Shown: piece after piece, positions 1 through 12,384 of the stretch | Layout: every line of letters begins with the position of its first letter | How positions within the stretch are numbered: position 1 is the first letter of the stretch | NCBI GenBank assembly: GCA_035221665.1 | Contig: CM069139.1 | Coordinates: 2,790,001 to 2,854,000, forward strand | Direction of reading: 5' to 3' | From: Okamejei kenojei | Lineage: Eukaryota | Length of the DNA stretch: 64,000 nucleotides | Notes under the pieces: model-generated | Told to the model about the DNA's origin: nothing | What the model saw: only the letters and a program-made list of their open reading frames with translations | Database searches by the model: none | Position numbers and translations under genes: made by a program

Positions 1-321
1 TTCCCGGATGGTATCGGGCAACGGCACTGTCCTCTCACCAGTCAGACAGCAGTTCTGGCTTCCCACCTACTTCATGGGAGACCTTTGACCTATCCTTTAT
101 CGTAACTTGTTGGATTTTAGGTTTGGCACAGACATTGTGTGGGCAAGGGTGTGTTCCTGTGCTGTACTGTGGTGGTTCTATGTTATATTGGCACCTTGAT
201 TACGTGAGAGCCAGGCATCATGTACCCAAAGGGCCAATACAAATCTTTGTCACTACAGGGAAGTTATGTGTTGTGTGATGTTTCAGAGGGCAGTGCGCTG
301 ATGCTGTTTTTTGCTCCTTAG

Positions 322-462
322 AACGGTGTAACGTCACTGTGAGAGCAGCCAGATACATGCTGCTGGGATGGGTCCTGCATTATTTTCCCTTCTACCTGAT
401 GGGCCGAATCCTCTACTATCATCACTATTTCCCAGCAATGCTTTTCAGCAGTATGCTAACAG
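322..462 (+). CDS. POMT2: POMT2 third-to-last coding exon (protein O-mannosyltransferase 2)
   Basis: ctccttAG acceptor and G|GTGTGT donor. Translates [46 protein letters not shown], matching the POMT2 motif [33 protein letters not shown]. Confidence 0.95.
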
Positions 463-694
463 GTGTGTAAACTGGCTAACAATCTACAATATCACACACT
501 CCAGCCACTGATTGGGACACACGTTAGTTTTATTTATTGCTGGAAACAATCCACAAGTCTGTCAGTATCTCTGGGAAAAGAAACACTTGTCCCAATATCT
601 TGCAGACTAAGCTGGTTCCGTTTCCAACCAATCACGTTGGTGTAACTGATAGATGGAATAATTACTTTCCGCTGGGCTCAGAGTATGTGATTCA

Positions 695-1600
695 ATAGAC
701 TATAGGTGCAGGAGGAGGCCATTTGGCCCTTCGAGCCAGCACCGCCATTCACTGTGATCATGGCTGATCATAGTTCCTGCCTTCTCCCCATATCCCCTGA
801 CTCCACTATCTTTAAGAGCCCTATCTAGCTCTTTCCTGAATGCCAGAGAATTGGCTTCCACTGCCTTCTGAGGCAGAGAATTCCACAGATTCTCAACTTT
901 CTGGGTGGAAATCATCTCTGTTCTAAGTGGATTGCCTCTTATTCTGAAACTGTGGCCCCTGGTTCTGGACTCGCCCAACATCGGGAACCTGTTTCCTGCC
1001 TCTATCTTGTCCAAACCCTTAATAATCTTATATGTTTTCATAAGATCCCCTCTCATCTTCCTAAATTCCAGAGTATACAAGCCCAGCCACTACATTCTAT
1101 CAACATATGACAGTCCCGCCATCCCGGGAATTAACCTTGTAAACCTACGCTGCACTCCCTCAATAGCAAGAATGTCCTTCCTCAAATTTGGAGACCAAAA
1201 CTGCACACAATATTCCAGGTGTGGTCTCACTGGGGCCCTGTACAACTTTGCTAATGTTACTTTTAATCCCTTCATCAAAATCATTAATGTATATTGTAAA
1301 TAGCTGCGGTCCCAGCACCGAGCCTTGCGGTACCCCACTAGGCACTGCCTGCCATTCAATACAATACAATACAGTACAGTACAATATGTTTTATTCCTCA
1401 CATTGCACATGAAGTGCAAGTGAAATGAATTTGTAAGGGACCGGTTTATCCCTACTCTTTGTGTCCTGTCTGCCAACCAATTTTCTATCCATGTTAAGTA
1501 TTTTATGTTTCTATATAAGATCCCCTCTCATCCTCCCAAATTCCAGTGAATACACGCCCAGTCGACCCATTCTTCCATCATACGTCAGTCCCGCCATATA
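695..1600 (-). mobile_element. Rearranged CR1 3' fragments in a POMT2 intron
   Basis: ORFs [32 protein letters not shown]; internal deletions and an (ACAAT)n insertion. Confidence 0.88.
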
Positions 1601-1778
1601 ATGAAGGAATGGGCCGACTGGGATTGTACGTGACTCTGATGACCAAGGAGGTTGGAAATGTCGTCAAAGAGAACTATAAACCCTATATAAAGTTTAGAAA
1701 GATGAAATGGGATAGGTCCTTTGTTATTGTTTAAAGCTTGTCCAGCAGGGATCACATTTGTTTTTATTCCATCTGCAG

Positions 1779-1890
1779 CTATTACTTGGCACATTGTGCT
1801 GCAAAGTTCAGACCTCCTGTTAAGCCATCAAGCAGCTGAGAGAGTTTACACTGGGGGAGTGATGTGCTTGACCATCTTCTGCATCTACAG
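1779..1890 (+). CDS. POMT2: POMT2 penultimate coding exon
   Basis: atctgcAG acceptor and AG|GTGAGC donor. Translates ITWHIVLQSSDLLLSHQAAERVYTGGVMCLTIFCIYS. Phases are compatible with the flanking exons. Confidence 0.88.
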
Positions 1891-2142
1891 GTGAGCATGG
1901 ACTCGACAAAAACACTGGAATGTTATAGTTCCAGACCAATGCAACATGCAACCGTGCAGACTGAGCTAGATGCTGCACCTCTCCTTTATCCCATATCCTT
2001 CTAAACCTTTCCTGTCTAAATGTCTTTTAAATGTTGTATTGTCCTGCCCCAGCTACGTCACCAGCAGCTGGTTCCTTGTACCCACCACCCTCTGAATGAA
2101 AGGCTTGGCCCTCAATTCCTATAAATGAGTCTCTTGCATCCA

Positions 2143-2410
2143 TCTTATTTTAGAGTTTCCAGATACAGTCCACACCGACCAGGGATCCCCGTATACTAGC
2201 ACTATCCAACACACTAGGGACAATTTTATAAATTGTACCAAAGCCAATGCTCCTACAAACCTGTATGTCTTGGGGGTGTGTGAGGAAACCAAGCACCCAA
2301 AGAAATCCCATGCTGTCACGGGGAGAATGTACAAACTCCGTACAGACAAAACCTGTAGTCAGGATCAAACCTGGTGCTGGAGCTGTGACTGCTGTGTCAC
2401 TGTGCCACCC
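2143..2410 (-). mobile_element. tRNA-derived V-SINE (HE1-like)
   Basis: GGTGGCACAGTG box-A-like head, GGTTTGATCC box B and a V-core-like GAGTTTGTACATTCTCCCCGTG. Confidence 0.75.
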
Positions 2411-2617
2411 TCTCGTTACATAAGAGCCCAGCACAAGAAGTAACAACAGCCAAGACCAACTCATGATCCGTATCGCTGGATGCTCGTGCCTCTGCCATGA
2501 AGAACAATATAGCACAGAAACAGGCCCTTCCGCCCATAATATCTGTGCCGTCTCCTTCCACTCCAAAAGCCTCTTGAATGCCACAATCATGTTGTTACTA
2601 ATTAGTGATAAATCTGC

Positions 2618-2708
2618 AGTACACAAAATGCTGGAGAAACTCAGCGGGTGCAGCAGCATCTAAGGAGCGAAGGAGATAGGCGACGTTTCGGGTCGAGACC
2701 CTTCTAAA
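2618..2708 (-). mobile_element. Short Penelope-type 3' fragment with a 14-bp TSD
   Basis: AGTGATAAATCTGC is duplicated at 2604-2617 and 2709-2722. The insert matches the 3' end of the GIY-YIG element at 55552-56148. Confidence 0.8.
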
Positions 2709-2994
2709 AGTGATAAATCTGCTGTCCCTGGGCACAGAGAAGTTGCATCCACAAACTGCATGTTGGCCACTAGCCAGAGTTGCTTTAACAACACCTCTCA
2801 AAGCTACCTCATTTGGTCAAATAAACCACCAAAAGAAAACTGGGATAATGATCTTTATTCTTTAATCATTTGCCAGCCCAACGCCAGCCACTGTTGTCCT
2901 TCCCTCCCTCCCTCCTCCCCTCCTCCCCAAGACTGTACCAGACCGTGATGCACGGGGCTGCCAATCTACAGGTGATGATTGTTTCTTGTTCCAG

Positions 2995-3100
2995 CTTCTA
3001 CCTGTTCCATCCTCTGTCCTACGGGACGATCGGTCCTCACGCTCAGGACCCCCTCAGTCCAATGGCAGGGTTTGATGTGGATGGAGTGCTGGAATTCTGA
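2995..3100 (+). CDS. POMT2: POMT2 terminal coding exon
   Basis: ttgttccAG acceptor. Translates SFYLFHPLSYGTIGPHAQDPLSPMAG...EF*, resembling the POMT2 C-terminus [34 protein letters not shown]. Confidence 0.93.
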
Positions 3101-5500
3101 CCCTCGCTGAAGGTGGACAAGTCACGGCACCTGGTCATCGTCTCGGCCACAATGTTGGAACAAAGGTTTTGTCAAATTAGATGATCTGAAATTCGATAAA
3201 TTCCTGTGCAAATGATTCGCTGGTTAAAGTCTCCTTTTGAAACATTACTGTCATTTGATATACTTTGTTCTGAAGATTTATCTGGAATCAAGCAACAGGC
3301 TCGAGGCTGCTGTTATCCCAGCACAAGTAAAACAAACCGTGAAACATTGCTGAATGTTGGTGTGAAGGGTTTGACGTAGATTCCGCCGCAACGGTCCGAT
3401 CACTCAGGACCAGAAGCTACTCTCAATATCAGCCGTCACCCCCCCTCGTTCCTTCCCACATGTCTGGGCCGGCTCATGAAGAAAGACTAGACCACGCGGG
3501 GACGGCCCTCCGCCGAACGAAACAAAGGCGCGACGGCCTCTGAGCGACACGCACCGCCGCGAGACAAGACAGCCGAGATGCAATAGAGTGGGGGAAGCCA
3601 GCACCGGAAGGCAACATGAAAGAGAGACACAGAAAAGGACGCCACGAAGAAACCGAGAAAGCACAAGCAAGGGCAGCTAGACATAACTGCGCCCGACTAT
3701 ACGCAGGCCGCACACGACCTCCCAGCCAAACAGCCCCGCGCATCCTCAACTCACAGCTCAACTCCCCCCCCCCCCCACTACCACTTTCTCATCCCTCCCT
3801 CCGCCCTCCCCTCCGTTTACCTCCCCCTCTACCATCCCTTGCTCTCCTCCACTTTTTCCCCCTCACTTTCTCGGCTCCGCTGGTTCCCTCACTCCATGCA
3901 CCCTCCGCCTTTCCTTCCTCCCTCCTCCTTGCCCCCACCCCCCACCACAAGACCTCCTTCCTCCTCTAACCAAAGAGCTGCACACTCATGGTATCGTGTC
4001 CCAGTCTATCTAATGCCAGTTCCACATCCTGTTCTGGAAGGAAAATCCGAGCAGGTTGAATAACAACTGCGTTTATTGTCTTAAAAGTGTATGTTAAGCC
4101 GAAAATAGTGATTTACGGCCAAGTGCGGACTGTTGGGCATGTCCCCCCCGTGCAAGTTTCTCCACTCTTCCTCCCCTACTCTGTCACTCCCTCTTCCTAC
4201 CTCATAAACCCCTTTCTCTTCCCCATTGCCTATCCCCTTCCTCTCTTACCAACATTCTCCCCACCTCTCTCCTCACTCCCCCACTTTCCCTCCGACCCAT
4301 CCTCTCCTTCTATCTTAACCCCACCCCCCACACACACACACACACCATTGATAATCACCACCAGAATTGGAATAAAACGTTAGTTTTTTTAATACGCTCT
4401 TTTATACAACAATCGTTATTTTTGGACCCATTGTGGACATCATTGTGCTGTCTTTCTACAGTAATAGGTAGTAGCTAGAGGAAGTGTATTTTTGTCAAAG
4501 TGGTTTTTGCAAAGTTTAAACTGTGCATAACTTGTAACATATACTTCAATCTTGAACGAAAACTTGCCACAACATCAAAAGGAACCGGTGAGTAAGGTGG
4601 GCACGGAATATTGTGTTGCCCATTTTGGCATAAAGTTAGGGGATCACGAGCATGAAAAACAAACGAGAGGTTTTAGTAATAAACTAGGGACAAGTGGGAA
4701 CGTTGGGTCCTGTTACAGGGTTGCTTGTTTCCAAGCAATATTCACCACTCACTGACCAACCTGCGCTGACGTGGCGATAACTTGTAAAAATAACGTAAGA
4801 TTAATGGGAAGCAACATCAATTCCCCTGCTTCCTGTCCTATTCACTCCTATTCTCTCTTCCACTTAACTAACTTTGCTTCCTTTTCACCTCTCTATTTGC
4901 ATCCTTTCACTATCCTATTTTCCCCCCCCTCGTTCCCTCAACCCGCATAATCTTTATTCTCTTCCTTTCCTTCCTCCATTCGTCACCTATCATCATTCTC
5001 TTTTCTATCGACTTTCCTCATAACCTTTCTCTTCTACCAAACCACACTCTATTTCGACACAACATGAACTTCCAATGTATTACCTGAAATTAATTTTTTT
5101 GTAAATTAAAACAAGAATTGATTAACACGGAAGTTATGAACAACTAGATATTTTTCAAGTAATAAGTATTGGGCACCTTGTGACCTCTTTCGTTCTAAAC
5201 GGCAGTGAAGTGCAAGTGATTTTTGTCACAGTGGATTATGATAAAGTTTAATGTGAAACACTTATAACAAATAATCACTTGACACAAAATTGGCCCAACA
5301 ATTCCATGGGAACTTTGTGGGAAATGTTTAAAGAACGAATGTCAAGGTTCACACAGTAAACCACCACCGACCAGGCCCGCAGCAGCCCCCCCACAACTCA
5401 TCTCTAAAACTACAACACCCACACACACACACACACACAAAACCCACCAACACAACACACACAACAAAACACAAACACACACACACAACACACACACACA

Positions 5501-6000
5501 NNNNNNNNNNNNNNNNNNNNNNNNNNNNNNNNNNNNNNNNNNNNNNNNNNNNNNNNNNNNNNNNNNNNNNNNNNNNNNNNNNNNNNNNNNNNNNNNNNNN
5601 NNNNNNNNNNNNNNNNNNNNNNNNNNNNNNNNNNNNNNNNNNNNNNNNNNNNNNNNNNNNNNNNNNNNNNNNNNNNNNNNNNNNNNNNNNNNNNNNNNNN
5701 NNNNNNNNNNNNNNNNNNNNNNNNNNNNNNNNNNNNNNNNNNNNNNNNNNNNNNNNNNNNNNNNNNNNNNNNNNNNNNNNNNNNNNNNNNNNNNNNNNNN
5801 NNNNNNNNNNNNNNNNNNNNNNNNNNNNNNNNNNNNNNNNNNNNNNNNNNNNNNNNNNNNNNNNNNNNNNNNNNNNNNNNNNNNNNNNNNNNNNNNNNNN
5901 NNNNNNNNNNNNNNNNNNNNNNNNNNNNNNNNNNNNNNNNNNNNNNNNNNNNNNNNNNNNNNNNNNNNNNNNNNNNNNNNNNNNNNNNNNNNNNNNNNNN
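5501..6000. other. Assembly gap (500 N)
   Basis: Run of N. Confidence 1.
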
Positions 6001-6515
6001 GTTCTTCCCCTATCATTTGCGATTCTTGCGCGGGTCTCGGAGCTCAAGGACACTTTCTTCTTCGCTTGTGATTCCTGTCGGGGGATTTAACATTGCAACG
6101 CGGCGCAAATAATACACATACATTCCTGTACAGCTTTATTTCCAGCTTAACTCACTTAATGACCTCTTCCTACCAGCAGGGTGACAGGGGCGGCGGCTCT
6201 AATGGCTGGCGGGACTCCCATATACATGCAATTGTGTTGAGAGGTTGACCCACAATAACCGTCACCTACCTGATCCATGTTCCCCACAGGATGCTTGCTG
6301 CCCCACTCGCGTTACTCCCAGCCTCGAGGTGTGTCCTTGTTCCCTCAGATGCTTGTCTGCCCACTGCGTATTACTCGCAGGTGTGAACGTCACCTTCTAG
6401 CAATTAAGCCAATGTACTGAATGCTCTTTACCAGCTAGCTTACCTGTTCTGCCACTTTCAGGGTATTGTTACTGACAGTCCTTGATCTCACGCTCATCCC
6501 ACATACATGCCCTAT

Positions 6516-6861
6516 GGCCCTGCCCCCATACGAGGTAATCTCAAGAGCTTCCCGAGTTTAAACAAGAAATCAAACTCTTCGTGGTAAGTCTGTTAGAATG
6601 AACTTAGCAGGTAAGTCGGAGCTGAGGACGTCTAAACTTAAGCGGCTCGTAACGCTAACGGCAGGTACTCGGGAAGGAAACGCGGGGGGTAAGCTCGTGA
6701 AGATTTTTCAATCTGTTGAAAATGAATAAAAATGTCACACGAGAGCCACGAAGTAACCCACGAAGCCGGATATTACTGTAATTCTTCGAGGTTCGAATCA
6801 CGAGGAAAATCGGGAGGGGGTGAGAAACTCTTGAATTCACATCGTACAGTGGGAAAGGGGC
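6516..6861. mobile_element. MITE, probably PIF/Harbinger-type
   Basis: Degenerate inverted ends GGCCCTGCCCCCATACGAG ... CGTACAGTGGGAAAGGGGC. Confidence 0.5.
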
Positions 6862-6869
6862 TTTGAATA

Positions 6870-7210
6870 GGATATGGTCAGCCCATTTTAGAGAACTCAG
6901 ATTGAGGACAACACTTTTCACCCAGAGAGTTGTGAATCTGTGGAATGTTTTCTGCCACAGAAGGCAGTGGAGGCTGATTCACTGGATGTAATAGAGAGAG
7001 TTTAGATAGTGCTCTTAGGGATAGCAAAATCATATGCGATATGGGGAGAAGGCAGGACGGGGTCGCATTTGGGTCCTGGGGGGTAATCGGGTTACTGGAA
7101 TGTGGATGATCAGCTCCATGACCCAGTGAATGGCAGGGTAGACTGGCTTGAAAGAGGGCCTGAATGCCTCCTCCTGCACCCATTGTCTTTGTTTCTATGT
7201 CTATGTCTCA
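6870..7210 (+). mobile_element. CR1 3' end
   Basis: CAGAGAGTTGTGAATCTGTGGAAT... ending in a TTTCTATG tail. Confidence 0.8.
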
Positions 7211-7580
7211 TAAGAGTCTCAAAATGCAACACCTCACACTTATCATGCATAAAACTCCATGAACTATTCTCCCCGGATGATCAACGATTCCCTCATTCCC
7301 TCCTTCTCAATCCATACATTCTGGAACATCACGCGTGCGTCATCAATGCTCCATGTGCTTACTGTATTGGTGCTGGTTGGTGTGTGTATCGGTACCAGTC
7401 AGTGTATTGCAAGCTGTTGCTGTTGTGGAGGCCAGTAGATAGAGGATAAGTGGGAGGTCTCGCGTGGTCAGGGCCGTGAGTGGGTACTCGGACGCGATGG
7501 TTCAGTGGCGTGAGTGGCGGCAGGAGGTCTAGGGCTTTGTAGGGGGTCCAGCATACAGGGCGATGGGGTCACGTCATCAC

Positions 7581-7721
7581 ACAGTGTCATCCGATCATCC
7601 TGAGAATGGTAACCATAAAACTCATTCAGCCGATGGAGGGAGATGCGTTAGCGTGCTCTGCGGTGAACTCGTCCGTCAGGCTTCTCCTACAGCTCACTGT
7701 AGTATTGGCTCGGCAATCCAC
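7581..7721 (-). CDS. TMEM63C: TMEM63C coding exon 11 (error-containing, 3' boundary approximate)
   Basis: gtgcAG acceptor. VDAEQYYSELEEKLTDEFTAE...QDDRMT is readable across indels. Confidence 0.82.
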
Positions 7722-7874
7722 CTGCACTCACGCAACACACTCTAGTTGATGTGAATGACAGCAGCCTCAACCACGAGACAAGGCTGCTCACCCTCCCGTG
7801 TGTGTAGCTTTGACACCAGCTTGAGATACAGAGATGAGGATACAAGCTCAGTAGCTGACCCCCCACTCCTCTAC

Positions 7875-8675
7875 AACTACCAGCCCCCACCCCTCTAACT
7901 TAGTGGACCCATCCCTCTAACTAATGGCCACATCTCCCTCTAACGAGTGACCCAACCTCTATACCTAAGTGGCCCCACCACTCTATATATCGTGCCCGCC
8001 TCACCCCCTCTAACTAGAGGCCACCATCCCTCTAACTAGAGGCACCACTTTCAGTCCTCTTCTCATATACTAGGTGGCCACACCCATGTAACTAGTGAAC
8101 CCCCCCTCCTTAACTAGTGGCCCCACCCCTCTAACTAGAGGCCCATCCCTCTAATACAAGAGGCCCATCCTCGAACTAGTGGCCCACCCGATGTCAATAG
8201 TGGACCCCCCTCTCTAACTAGTGGCCCATACCTCTAACTTAGTGGCCCCACCACTGTAACTAGTGACCCCCCCCCTCTAACTAGGTGGCTCACCACCCCA
8301 TCTAAATAGAGGCCCATCCTCTAAACTAGAGGCACCCCCACCCCTCTTATCTAGAGACCCCTCCCCTCTAAACTAGTCGCACCACCCTTCTAAACTAGTG
8401 GCCTCCACCTCTTACTAGTGGCACCCCCACCTCTCCAATCTAACTAGTGGCCCCACACCTCTAAACTAGTGGCTCCCAACCCTCTAACTAGTGGCCCTCA
8501 CCCACTCCTCAACTAGGTGGCCCCACCCCTCAGAATAGTGGCCCACACCCTCTTTAAACTAGTGGCCCACCCCTCTCCTAACTAGTGGCCCCACACCTCT
8601 AACTAGTGGCCCTACTACTTATCTAGCTGACACCACCCCTCTATATAGTGACACCACCCCCTCTAACAGTGATCA
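7875..8675 (+). repeat. About 20-22-bp minisatellite (CCCTCTAACTAGTGGCCCAC)
   Basis: Noisy tandem copies. Confidence 0.85.
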
Positions 8676-9169
8676 CCCTCCAGCCCCATCTCTCGGAATC
8701 TCCTGCGCAGCGGACACTAAGTACAAGATATGGTGACACACCAGGGTCGTCAACCCAATGACCAAATTGACACAAGGCTAAGTAATCCCACTCCTTGCCT
8801 GCACGTGAATCTCATTCCCTCTGCACCATTTCGAGGTGCCAATGCTGAAAGTCGGCTTCAAACGCACCATTATCTGCTCCACCCACCACCCCTGGCAGCT
8901 CGTTGCATGGGACCCACCACCCCTCTCTCCCATAACGCTGCAAACTTACTATTGGACTTTTCCACCTGGACAAAGGCTCGCTGACCCAGTTTCTACCCAA
9001 CCGATGGCTATTTAATCATAATTTTAATGTCTAAATTATATTTTCCTTCAAAACCTCGCATTCCAGGAGAGGAACATTCAGTCTGTGCGACCTCAGGCTC
9101 CCTGTGCTAATCTCCCCCTATCTAAGTTCATTCACTCTGAACCCTCTCCAAGTTCCCCACACCCCTGGT

Positions 9170-9452
9170 TAGGAAGCAGCTGATCACAGCGCTATGAGAC
9201 CCCGCCTCGATCCTTGATTATGGGCGCTGTCTGTAAGAATTTCATACATTCTCCTGAACCCGGCGAGGCTTTCTACGGGTGCTCCAGTTTCCCGCACACT
9301 CCAAAGACGTGCAGGTGTATAGGTTAATTTGCTTCTGTAAACTTGCCAAGTGTGTAAGGATATGAAAGTGGGATCAACATCGACTGGCGACACCGGACAG
9401 GGTGACGCAGTGGGCCGAAGGGCCTGTTTCCACGCTTAATCTAAACTAAAAA
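9170..9452 (+). mobile_element. V-SINE (HE1-like)
   Basis: Homologous to 2143-2410 and 35824-36145; CTAAA tail. Confidence 0.65.
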
Positions 9453-9639
9453 CTGTATAGTCTCATAATTGACGCAGGGCTGAGACAAAGGTGAGAACAA
9501 TACAGGACCTTTCTCCCAGGCGTGGGAAACATCACAGTAGGAGACTAGGGCGGAGGTAATAGTAGATGGATTTAATTACAGAGAAAGTGTGGAGGTGTTC
9601 GTGCAATTTTGGCCGCTTCGACCTGCTTGGGCCCAGGAC

Positions 9640-10475
9640 CCTACATCAGTGAGATGGTCCGGCCCTCTGGGTTGTGTTGTAGGCAGAGGGATCGAGGAGT
9701 ACAGTGCATGAGTTCCTCTCAAGTGAAGTCGCAGGTTAGATAAGGTAGTCAAAAAAGGACTTTGTGGCACTTGAGAACCTCCATTAGCCAGAGTATTGAG
9801 GTATAGAAGTCTGGGCGGTACATGTTAACCTCGCAGTTGTAATAACGAAGTCGGTGAGGCTCGCATTTAGAATATTGTGTTCAGTACTGCGGCACCATGT
9901 TATAGGAAAGATAATTGTCCAAGCTAGAAAGGGTTTCAGAATGTTTACGAGGAGGATGTTGCAGGACTAGTAGGGCTTGTGATGCCTATAGGGATCGGGT
10001 TGAGATTAGAGTGGCTGGAGTCTCATAGTACCATGGTGCTTGGTTGATGAAGGTGGTGACCTTATAGAGGTGTATAAATCATGAGAGGAATAGATAGGGA
10101 AGAAACACTCAGAATCATCGCCAGAGTAGGGAAATCGAGGACCAGGGGACATAGGCTTCAAGGTGAAGGGAGAAAAGATTTAATGGTGAATCTAGAGATT
10201 TGGTAACCATTTTTCACACAAAAGGTGGATGGGTGTCATCGGAACAAGCTGCTGGAGGAAAGTGTTGAGGCTGGGACTATTCAAGAAAAAGGTTTGACAG
10301 GTATCATTTGAGTAAAAGTTCAGACAAGTTACATGGATAGGACAGGGTTAGAAGGAAGTTATGGACCATACGCGCAGGCAGGACGTGACCAGTGGAGACT
10401 GGGATATGTTCGGCTGGTGGTTGCCTGTGGGCAAGTTAGGGCGAAGGGCTGTTTCTCACACAGTATCACATCTGA
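9640..10475 (+). mobile_element. CR1 3' fragment (error-rich)
   Basis: Recognisable RT C-terminal and 3' UTR motifs. Confidence 0.75.
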
Positions 10476-10516
10476 CTTGAATTATGTACTGGGCAGTTGT
10501 ATGGTAGATGCACACA

Positions 10517-10827
10517 CTGTCCTCACTTAGGAAACCTGAACCGGAAACCTCTTGGAGGACTTTGCGCCCCCCACCCAAGGTTTCCGTGCGGTCACCCGGA
10601 GGAAGTTTTTTTTTTTGCTCCTCCTCGGCACCACACATCAACTAGCATAGCAAACCACGGCTTCGACTAAAAAAGTACCGTTTGTTTAACATACAGGATA
10701 ACCAACTTTCGACCATTAGGGATGGCCTGGGACTAAAACCACTCCGGGAATCGCACGCCGGTATCTTGGGTGATGCGCCAAAGTCTCCAGAGTTTCCGTT
10801 CAGGTTTCCTAAGGTGGGACAGGGGCT
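10517..10827. mobile_element. MITE with long TIRs (Harbinger-like)
   Basis: CTTAGGAAACCTGAACCGGAAAC... mirrored by ...GTTTCCGTTCAGGTTTCCTAAG. Confidence 0.7.
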
Positions 10828-11039
10828 TAGGTTTTAAGGAGATGTTGTGAGCTCAATTACTTGTTTTACACAGAGACCAGGGGGGGAGAGTTAGGTTCCT
10901 TAGGCATACATGTTGTGTGGCACCGATGGGCATGTTCTTGTGCTGTTACTGTCTCTCTGTTCAACTTAAGGTACTTAAGGATGCTCTGTAGTAGCATTTT
11001 GTAGACATTTGTAGACGCATTAGGCTGCATTTAACACCC

Positions 11040-11540
11040 ACATGCCGAACTAAGCACCCAACTGGAGCGGAAAAAGGATGCAGAGTGTTGTAACCTGCCC
11101 AGTCCATCATCGGCTCTGACTCCCCACCACCGAGGGGTTCTGTCGCAGTCGCTGCTCAAAAAAGGTGGCCTAGCAATGCATCAAGACCACACTACATCAC
11201 TGCCACACACTACATCTCTCCGCTGCCATACAGGGATGAAAGTACAGGAGCACTGAATTCTGCAAGCATCCAGGGTTCAAGGACAGCTACTTCATTCCCA
11301 ACATAGCCGTGAGGCTATTAAAACAACTTCAAACAAACTTCCGAACTATAACAGCCTTTTGGCACTATTATCTGTTTATTTATTGTGTAATATATATTGT
11401 CTAATGGTGCATAGACATTAGATGAATTTTATCTCCTGTTCTATGATTATGTTTAACTTTATTCTGTTGTGCTGCGGCAAGCAAGAATCTCATTGTCCTA
11501 TCTGGGACACATGACGATAAAACTCTCTTGACTCTTAACC
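11040..11540 (+). mobile_element. Rex1/Babar-like LINE 3' end
   Basis: Degraded RT C-terminal region and an ACACATGACGATAAAACTCTCTTGACTCTT tail. Confidence 0.55.
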
Positions 11541-12170
11541 TGTATTCACTTTGTAAAGGTGGCAAGGTGATGGTCTCGGTTATTATTTACGGTGCTGTTA
11601 CAGGTAAGAATGCCATTGTTCTGATCTTAATTGCAAACGGCAACTAAACACTCTTGACTTGCCAGTGCTTGTCCCATTTCCTCCCAATCCTTTTCTATCT
11701 ACATGCCTGTCCAAATCTCTTTTAAATGCGATGTATCCAAAAACTTAGCTTGGAATTAAACAGAGCATGCATTGTCAATCACAGCACGCATGTATCGTAA
11801 TCTCAACATGCATGATATCTAAACTCAGCACGATGGAAAAAATAAAACACGCGGTTGGACTTGAATCTTCGATGGCGGATCTGTATTCAGTTTAGTGATG
11901 CTGACCCTTGACCAATCTCCTTGCCTGTCCCTCTTTGCCAATGCCGGGCTCTATAACCTTCCTATATGTGCCAAAGTCAGAGATGGTCACAACTGGCCAG
12001 TTGCCTCCTACATTTACCTCTCAACATCTCTCACTCACCTACTCTCATCTCTCACTTACCACCCCCTCCTCTGATGGCTCTGAACCACCTCCCACCTCCC
12101 CACCTCACATCCTGTCCATCCATCAACATTGACCAATGTTAAAAGGGGTCGAGTATCTCTCTATCTGTGC

Positions 12171-12309
12171 CTGTTTCAAACCCACAGGCCAGTCGCTAAC
12201 AGCAGTATCCCGGGCCTAGAGCGGTGTGTCTTAATCCTTTTGATTCTATCCTTCCTTTCTGGAGCTTTGGCTTTGTGATATATAGACGGCCTTTCATTGC
12301 CTTTTCGTT
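12171..12309 (-). CDS. TMEM63C: TMEM63C coding exon 10 (error-containing, boundaries approximate)
   Basis: RKAMKGRLY...IKTH...CGFE is readable across indels, after a polypyrimidine acceptor. Confidence 0.75.
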
Positions 12310-12384
12310 CTTGGCTGAGGAGGAGAGAAAGAAAAGTTGAAGAGAACACTTGAGATCTGTGGCTGGGGATCATGGTGATTAGTA

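Noticed and set aside
4371-4376. AATAAA as the POMT2 polyadenylation signal
   Set aside because: It lies in error-rich, repeat-like sequence and cannot be supported without transcript data.
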